Source: a virus
Taxonomy: Duplodnaviria > Caudoviricetes
IMG/VR virus record: IMGVR_UViG_3300036958_000333
Coordinates: 192,001-256,000 of that record
Length of the DNA: 64,000 nt
Direction: 5' to 3' (one strand)
Below are positions 58,804 to 64,000 of the stretch, piece by piece; positions within the stretch are counted from its first letter, which is position 1, and every line of letters starts with the position of its first letter. A program made the translations under genes and the position numbers. The notes under the pieces are model-generated. The model saw nothing but the letters and a program-made list of their open reading frames with translations. It did not search any database and was not told the DNA's origin.

Positions 58804-60855
58804 TTAATTTGCTATAAGATACTTTGCTGGATGAGCCGGAAGAGGACCATCTCCTCCAAGTAATAATACAGGAGCAACACCTTCTGGAGGTTTTCCTTCA
58901 CCATCTGGTGGTATTTCTCCAAGTATTATATGTGGATTTCTAAGACACAAATGCATAGTACTATTTAAAGCATATGTTAAATGAACACCATTTCTACAAA
59001 ATATAATATGATCACCAAGTTTTGCATATTGAATTATATTTTTTCTATTAGCAACATCAATCATATTTTGCTCTTCAACTACATGAATCTGATTTCCCTC
59101 TTTACTAACAAGAATTTCATCCTTTACAGTAACTCTTGTATAATTTAACTCAACAGTTGTTAATCTTTCACCGGCACAATTTAAGTGAACTAACTTTTTA
59201 TTAACAACCTGATTCATTAAAAGAAAATTAACCGGATCATTCCATCCTGGGGCGTTAGATATCTTAATATACTGCTCTGTTGGCTTTTCCTGATTAGATC
59301 CATCTTCAAACAACATATATTGACCAAAACCAGACTTTATTTTAATACAAACCTGTTCCCCCATACCCTTTCCGTTAGGTTGAAAATTAGGTCTATCATA
59401 AACATCATTGTCTCTATATCCTCTTTGACCCGTACCAGAATATCTACTGGTAGATCTAACCATTGGAGATTTAACTTTACATTGATAATCAGAAAATATA
59501 ATTTCATGACCTGATGTAGATTTAATATGTATTTTTCTCTCTTTATCTGCTTTTCCATTCATATCAGTATGGTCTATCATTCCAACATAATGACCACAAG
59601 CTGTACTCAAAAATATACCATCTTTTTCAGATCTTATTTTTTCATCTTTGTCATGATGATCAGATAATGTTATTCTATGCTCTGTATGACTTTCTAATCT
59701 AACCATAGTTCTATATAATTTCTTTCCTTCTTTTGGCATAGGAGGAAATTTGTTTCTCCATTCGTTTTGTTTTTCTTCTAAATCTCCTTTAATTTTATCA
59801 TCTATTATTAATCTTCCACCTCCAAGTGATTGTATTTGAATACCAGTATGATTTAATTCTACGGAGTGATTATTACCAATTTTATCGAACGCTTGTCCTC
59901 CAGTGGATAATCTGTCATTATGGGAATCCCAATATTTATTATCATAAATTTCTTCTGCTGTTTTGTCACAATCATCTTTCATAATAATCATATTTCCCCT
60001 TGATGATTGAACAACTAATCTTTTTCCCCATAATTTTTTTTCTCTTTCATAAGATCCATCATCAAATAAAATAAAATGTTTTTCAGGTGTTTTTATTCCA
60101 TACATATGTGGAATATCCTTTGATCTCCACCCTTGAGTAGAATATCCTTCTCCAAGAACCCCTCTTCTTTCTTCGTTCAATCCTTCTATTAATTGAATAT
60201 TTTGAGTATCGCTTGCGGCAATTATATATTCTCCTCCAGAATCTTGAGTTTGATCAGATTCTTTTGGGCTTAAATCGTTTCCATAATACGATTCATTATT
60301 CCATGGAGGCATTAAACTATCTTTTAATCCAGTTTTAATATCACTATTTCTATTACCAGAACTCCATCTATAACCTTCTCTTTGAGGATTAAACGCATAA
60401 ACATTATTTGAAGGATCAGCTTTTTTTGGTATCCAAGTTGTTCCAATATAAAACACAGATTCTCTATCTCCACCTTGAAACATTAATAAAACAGTAGAAC
60501 CTTCTGTTGGAATAAATGTACATCCTACATCATCTATTGCTCCAAATGGAGAACATGGAGAAGCCCAACTTAAATTACTTTCACTAACTCCTTCTTGTCT
60601 TAAATTATGAATAATAGGACAATATACCATTATTCTCCCAATTTTCCATGGATCTCTTGTATCAACACAAACTCCCATATAAATCCCATATAACGGAACA
60701 ATTGGCCTACCACTTTTACTTAATACGCTATCTACTTTTAGAGCTCTATTAAAAGGAGTTAAAGCTTTTGGTATTCTACCTCGTTCTAACTCAATACTAT
60801 GAATCTTATCTTTTAATTTATTAATATCATATAACATCTCATCTAATAAAGCCAT
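58804..60855 (-). CDS. Baseplate central spike, gp5/VgrG-like (OB-fold + beta-helix repeats)
   Basis: G.C.DTRDP...GRI.V..P, WA.P, IPTEGS.V...F.GGD....FYIG; repeated S..GH.I..D units. Confidence 0.85.
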   Translation of the reverse strand: MALLDEMLYDINKLKDKIHSIELERGRIPKALTPFNRALKVDSVLSKSGRPIVPLYGIYMGVCVDTRDPWKIGRIMVYCPIIHNLRQEGVSESNLSWASPCSPFGAIDDVGCTFIPTEGSTVLLMFQGGDRESVFYIGTTWIPKKADPSNNVYAFNPQREGYRWSSGNRNSDIKTGLKDSLMPPWNNESYYGNDLSPKESDQTQDSGGEYIIAASDTQNIQLIEGLNEERRGVLGEGYSTQGWRSKDIPHMYGIKTPEKHFILFDDGSYEREKKLWGKRLVVQSSRGNMIIMKDDCDKTAEEIYDNKYWDSHNDRLSTGGQAFDKIGNNHSVELNHTGIQIQSLGGGRLIIDDKIKGDLEEKQNEWRNKFPPMPKEGKKLYRTMVRLESHTEHRITLSDHHDKDEKIRSEKDGIFLSTACGHYVGMIDHTDMNGKADKERKIHIKSTSGHEIIFSDYQCKVKSPMVRSTSRYSGTGQRGYRDNDVYDRPNFQPNGKGMGEQVCIKIKSGFGQYMLFEDGSNQEKPTEQYIKISNAPGWNDPVNFLLMNQVVNKKLVHLNCAGERLTTVELNYTRVTVKDEILVSKEGNQIHVVEEQNMIDVANRKNIIQYAKLGDHIIFCRNGVHLTYALNSTMHLCLRNPHIILGEIPPDGEGKPPEGVAPVLLLGGDGPLPAHPAKYLIAN

Positions 60856-60929
60856 AATATTTAAATATACTCCTTTTATATTTTTCTATTTCTAGTTTAT
60901 TTCTTATGAAAATACAATACAAAATTAAA

Positions 60930-62594
60930 TTATTGTTCATCTCCTCCTGTATTAGATCCTCCTGTATTAGATCCTCCTTCATTAGATCCTCCTGTATTAT
61001 TTTCACCTTCTTCTCCTCCTTCTGTAGAAGAACCTTCTTCTTCTTTTTTAAGATTTATATCAGAAGGATCTGCAGATAACGACAATGTTGTTTTATACGC
61101 CCCAGAATCGTCTATTACATGAGCAATACCAGATATAAGATATGAACCAGAAAATCTTCTATCTAAAAAATCATAATACATAGAGTCCATTGTTCCAATT
61201 TGTACTTCTTCTCCACTAATAGAACCAAATATTGAAGTCTCTGATCCTGGTGGAAATAATGATGTTGCTTCAGATGGTATTCTAGCTTCTCTTCGCCATT
61301 TTAACTCATCACTTATGTAAGATGTGTTCCAAATATAAACAATGACATATTCTCCAATATATAATATATCATCTAAATTTGGAATACCAAGTAAATCAAC
61401 TTCTAATTTAATTGGTATATACAAAGCGCCATTATTCCCAGCTGTTCCAATTATAGTACCCATCTTGTTTATAATATTTTGTCTAAATGTCCTTGGACTA
61501 TCTAAAGGTTTTGCTACAACAGTAGCCTGACCACCTTGTCCACTTTCACCTAATTTTCCATCTGATTTGATTTGATGTCCTACAGATCTTGTCATTGTAT
61601 CTTGAGAAGTTATTTGAGGAAACAAAGACCATAAATAGTCTCCAGAAAAAGTTGGTCTTATGCTAAGAGCAGTATGTTTTCCAGGACCTAATCCAGATCC
61701 AGATTCAATTTCACCAGCACTACTTCCTTCTGGTGGATTAACATGTATTTCAAAAAGAGCCTTATTTTTTGGAATAGTTGAATAAGACGGTTTAAATTGT
61801 ATATATTGAGTATCTTTGTCCACTACTGGAATCATACACGGACCAACTTTTTCATGATCTTTTAAATTATTATTTTCTTTATAATGAAGTTCTGATGTCC
61901 ATTTCTGAACCGTTAACAAAAAAGGATAACCCGATCCAGGCCAATTATTTGGAGTATCAACATCAAACTTTTGTTCAAAATCATCAGAAAAATGAGGTTC
62001 AGGATCCCATGTATCAGATAATAACCCCTGTTTTTTTCTTAATTCACATAATTGTTTGAATGCTTCTCTAAAACTTAAAGGTGTTGGAAATTCAAAAGTC
62101 GTCCAATTTCCAGCAAATGCAAATTGATCTTGTCCAACAAATTTATAACTAATTCCTCCCTGAATAAATTCAACATCCATTTTATATATACTCAAACAAT
62201 GTATTGACGAAGAATGTTTTGTTCTTGTACCTCCTACAGATGACGGATCAGATATTCTATTTCCATCTATTCCTCTACCTTCATATCCAAATTGAAAATA
62301 AACATTCTGCCTAGAACAATCTTCGATATTAGCAAATACATTTTTAGCAACTATTCCTGGCCATATTAAATTCCATCCAGAACGATCTTCATATATAGTA
62401 AATTCTACAGAAGAACCTTGATTATTTCCAAAATATGACCACCTAAATTGCTTTAACCATCTAAATTTTTCATCTAATCCTCTTGGAAAATTTATTCTTA
62501 ACTCCTCTGATTCTCCAATTTGAACCCAAGCCCAAGGACGATAAACTGCAGCGTTTATATCTGTTAATTCTATTTTTTCTAAATTATCTGTCAT
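60930..62594 (-). CDS. Putative baseplate hub protein (gp27/gp44-like position)
   Basis: FQFGY, LLGIP.L, FSGSYLISGIAH.I..SG.YKT.L; lies between the gp53-like and gp5-like genes. Confidence 0.6.
   Translation of the reverse strand: MTDNLEKIELTDINAAVYRPWAWVQIGESEELRINFPRGLDEKFRWLKQFRWSYFGNNQGSSVEFTIYEDRSGWNLIWPGIVAKNVFANIEDCSRQNVYFQFGYEGRGIDGNRISDPSSVGGTRTKHSSSIHCLSIYKMDVEFIQGGISYKFVGQDQFAFAGNWTTFEFPTPLSFREAFKQLCELRKKQGLLSDTWDPEPHFSDDFEQKFDVDTPNNWPGSGYPFLLTVQKWTSELHYKENNNLKDHEKVGPCMIPVVDKDTQYIQFKPSYSTIPKNKALFEIHVNPPEGSSAGEIESGSGLGPGKHTALSIRPTFSGDYLWSLFPQITSQDTMTRSVGHQIKSDGKLGESGQGGQATVVAKPLDSPRTFRQNIINKMGTIIGTAGNNGALYIPIKLEVDLLGIPNLDDILYIGEYVIVYIWNTSYISDELKWRREARIPSEATSLFPPGSETSIFGSISGEEVQIGTMDSMYYDFLDRRFSGSYLISGIAHVIDDSGAYKTTLSLSADPSDINLKKEEEGSSTEGGEEGENNTGGSNEGGSNTGGSNTGGDEQ
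60942..60999. repeat. About 4 x 15-bp tandem repeat (TCCTCCTGTATTAGA) encoding SNTGG
   Basis: Directly visible; C-terminal low-complexity tail of 60930-62594. Confidence 0.85.
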
Positions 62595-62598
62595 AATA

Positions 62599-62955
62599 TT
62601 ATCCTATATAAGTCAATGGAGGAATTTGTATTGTTATACCAGCAACAAACTCTTCTATATCAAAAATATTATTAAATTCCATAATAAACCACCAATAACC
62701 AGGATCTCCATATGCATCATCACTAACTAGCCAAGGTTTATATTCAGTTGATTTTTTTATTAAATAAAATTTTACACCAGAAGGAACTTTATCAACAACC
62801 GGATTAAAATTCCTTTTATATAAATCATATGTAAGTATATTAAAATTACTATAATATATTAATTTAGATTTTTGATATCTAGAAGAAAAGTCCAATAACT
62901 CTTTCTTTAATTCAGATTCTTTATTATTTATTTCTATTATTTTGTTTGTAATCAT
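62599..62955 (-). CDS. Baseplate wedge gp53 / LysM-like protein
   Basis: EYKPWLVS..AYGDP.YWW.I...NNI.D......G..I.IP. Confidence 0.8.
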   Translation of the reverse strand: MITNKIIEINNKESELKKELLDFSSRYQKSKLIYYSNFNILTYDLYKRNFNPVVDKVPSGVKFYLIKKSTEYKPWLVSDDAYGDPGYWWFIMEFNNIFDIEEFVAGITIQIPPLTYIG

Positions 62956-63003
62956 TATATCACCTTTTTATAATATAGGAAATTTAATACATATTAAAAT
63001 AAA

Positions 63004-63618
63004 TTAATATTTTCCCTCCAATACATCGTCAGCTCCTGGTAAAGATTGCCAAGAATATATTATATCCCAATTTGTTTGTATAGAAACATGTAAAGGCATA
63101 TAAGTTTTTATTTTTTCACTATAAAACCATTGAACTTTTGTTTCATAATTTATCGAATAATCTTTTAATAAAACTGGAACTCCATCTGGACTAGAACTTA
63201 ATAATTGTCCACATTTAATTTTGGCCATTCTAGGAGGAAGATAAGTTTGTCTATATTCTGGATGTGTTAAAGAAGATATTTTTCTTATAATTCCAAGATT
63301 TCTAGATATATCTTCTTCACAAGTGACATATAAGTGTATTGTCATTGATATAGACCTATCAGATGAGCTGGTATATGTTTTTACCGGAGATGTTCTTCCT
63401 AATATTTGTTGATCAGCATAAGTAGCTGATTTTTTCTCACTTATTTCCGGAAGAGCATAAAGTTCTATAGTTTCATATCCTTGGGCATCTAAATTCTGAA
63501 TAGAAATATCGGCTTGATCTATTCTATCTTCTTCTGATCTTGCAACTTGAAGTTTTATCCAACAATCATGTATTGGTTTAATTTTTCCATTTTTGTCTGT
63601 AGCTAAATAATCAACCAT
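63004..63618 (-). CDS. Tail tube initiator / baseplate-associated protein
   Basis: PEISE.KSA.Y....ILGR.SP...Y..S..R.I.M, YLPP....I..G. Confidence 0.65.
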   Translation of the reverse strand: MVDYLATDKNGKIKPIHDCWIKLQVARSEEDRIDQADISIQNLDAQGYETIELYALPEISEKKSATYADQQILGRTSPVKTYTSSSDRSISMTIHLYVTCEEDISRNLGIIRKISSLTHPEYRQTYLPPRMAKIKCGQLLSSSPDGVPVLLKDYSINYETKVQWFYSEKIKTYMPLHVSIQTNWDIIYSWQSLPGADDVLEGKY

Positions 63619-63638
63619 TTAAAACCTCTTTAAAATAA

Positions 63639-64000
63639 TTAATAAACAGTCCCCAAAGAAGGATTTGCAACAGCAGTAGTTTGCCAAGTATTATAACTTG
63701 ACATTGGAACACCATCATTTGCTGATAAAGTATTTTCATTTTTAGGAATTGTTCCTCCAGTACTTCCAGACATAATAACACCATCTCTTTTTGGAGTAAC
63801 CGATAAACAATTTTTAATTTCTTTTAATAAATTAACCATTTCTGTTGTATTAGAATTAATTCCAGTTAATTGATTTATTCCACTTAAATCTCCCTTTTGT
63901 TCGGCGGTAATATCTCCAGATTTACTACTAGATCCAATTAATTCTGTTTTTATTTCTCCTTTTACTTTATCTAGTGAACCTAATTCTTTAGATAATTTCA
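63639..64000 (-). CDS. C-terminal end of a longer gene running off the window (tape-measure-like position)
   Basis: Frame is open from 63998 down to the stop at 63639; S/G/T-rich tail. Confidence 0.55.
   Translation of the reverse strand, partial: KLSKELGSLDKVKGEIKTELIGSSSKSGDITAEQKGDLSGINQLTGINSNTTEMVNLLKEIKNCLSVTPKRDGVIMSGSTGGTIPKNENTLSANDGVPMSSYNTWQTTAVANPSLGTVY

Noticed and set aside
60942-60999. CRISPR-like or regulatory repeat
   Set aside because: Contiguous 15-bp units without spacers, in frame as an SNTGG low-complexity protein tail.
1605-61530. Short antisense or overlapping ORFs in the track (e.g. 1605-1829, 9343-9684, 10310-10741, 10620-10976, 41561-41842, 50109-50453, 59320-59514)
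   Set aside because: They lie opposite or within well-supported genes and have the F/I/L/S-rich composition expected of shadow frames in AT-rich DNA.
1-64000. tRNA, rRNA or CRISPR arrays; cellular or eukaryotic-virus origin
   Set aside because: No cloverleaf, rRNA-like GC-rich tract or repeat-spacer array was seen. SD motifs, DnaE and the T4-like baseplate genes indicate a bacteriophage despite the eukaryote-associated GT families.

Overview
Very AT-rich (roughly 20% GC by eye), gene-dense segment of a large myovirus-like (jumbo) phage read with the standard code. 1-18.6 kb, mostly + strand, is a replication and nucleotide module. Its C-family DNA polymerase (DnaE) comes in three pieces: a PHP/palm-N piece at 404-1666, and two further pieces joined by a split intein with a free-standing endonuclease gene between them (12777-16614). 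The module also holds a thymidylate-synthase-fold gene, a radical SAM enzyme followed by an unannotated 49-aa peptide, a methyltransferase, a 5'-3' exonuclease, a degenerate Fpg and a dimeric dUTPase. 18.6-28 kb is a sugar-modification cluster: a GDP-mannose 3,5-epimerase-like gene, GT9-, GT34- and GT71-like glycosyltransferases, a PaaK/CapK-like ligase, a domain-inverted radical SAM and an amidoligase, plus a gene enclosed by a perfect 18-bp inverted repeat. 28-64 kb, mostly - strand, is a contractile tail and baseplate module (gp53-, gp5-, gp25- and gp6-like genes, PKD and kelch fibre-type proteins) interspersed with more glycosyltransferase and radical SAM genes. No rRNA, tRNA or CRISPR array was seen. 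All family calls come from reading motifs by eye, not from database searches.
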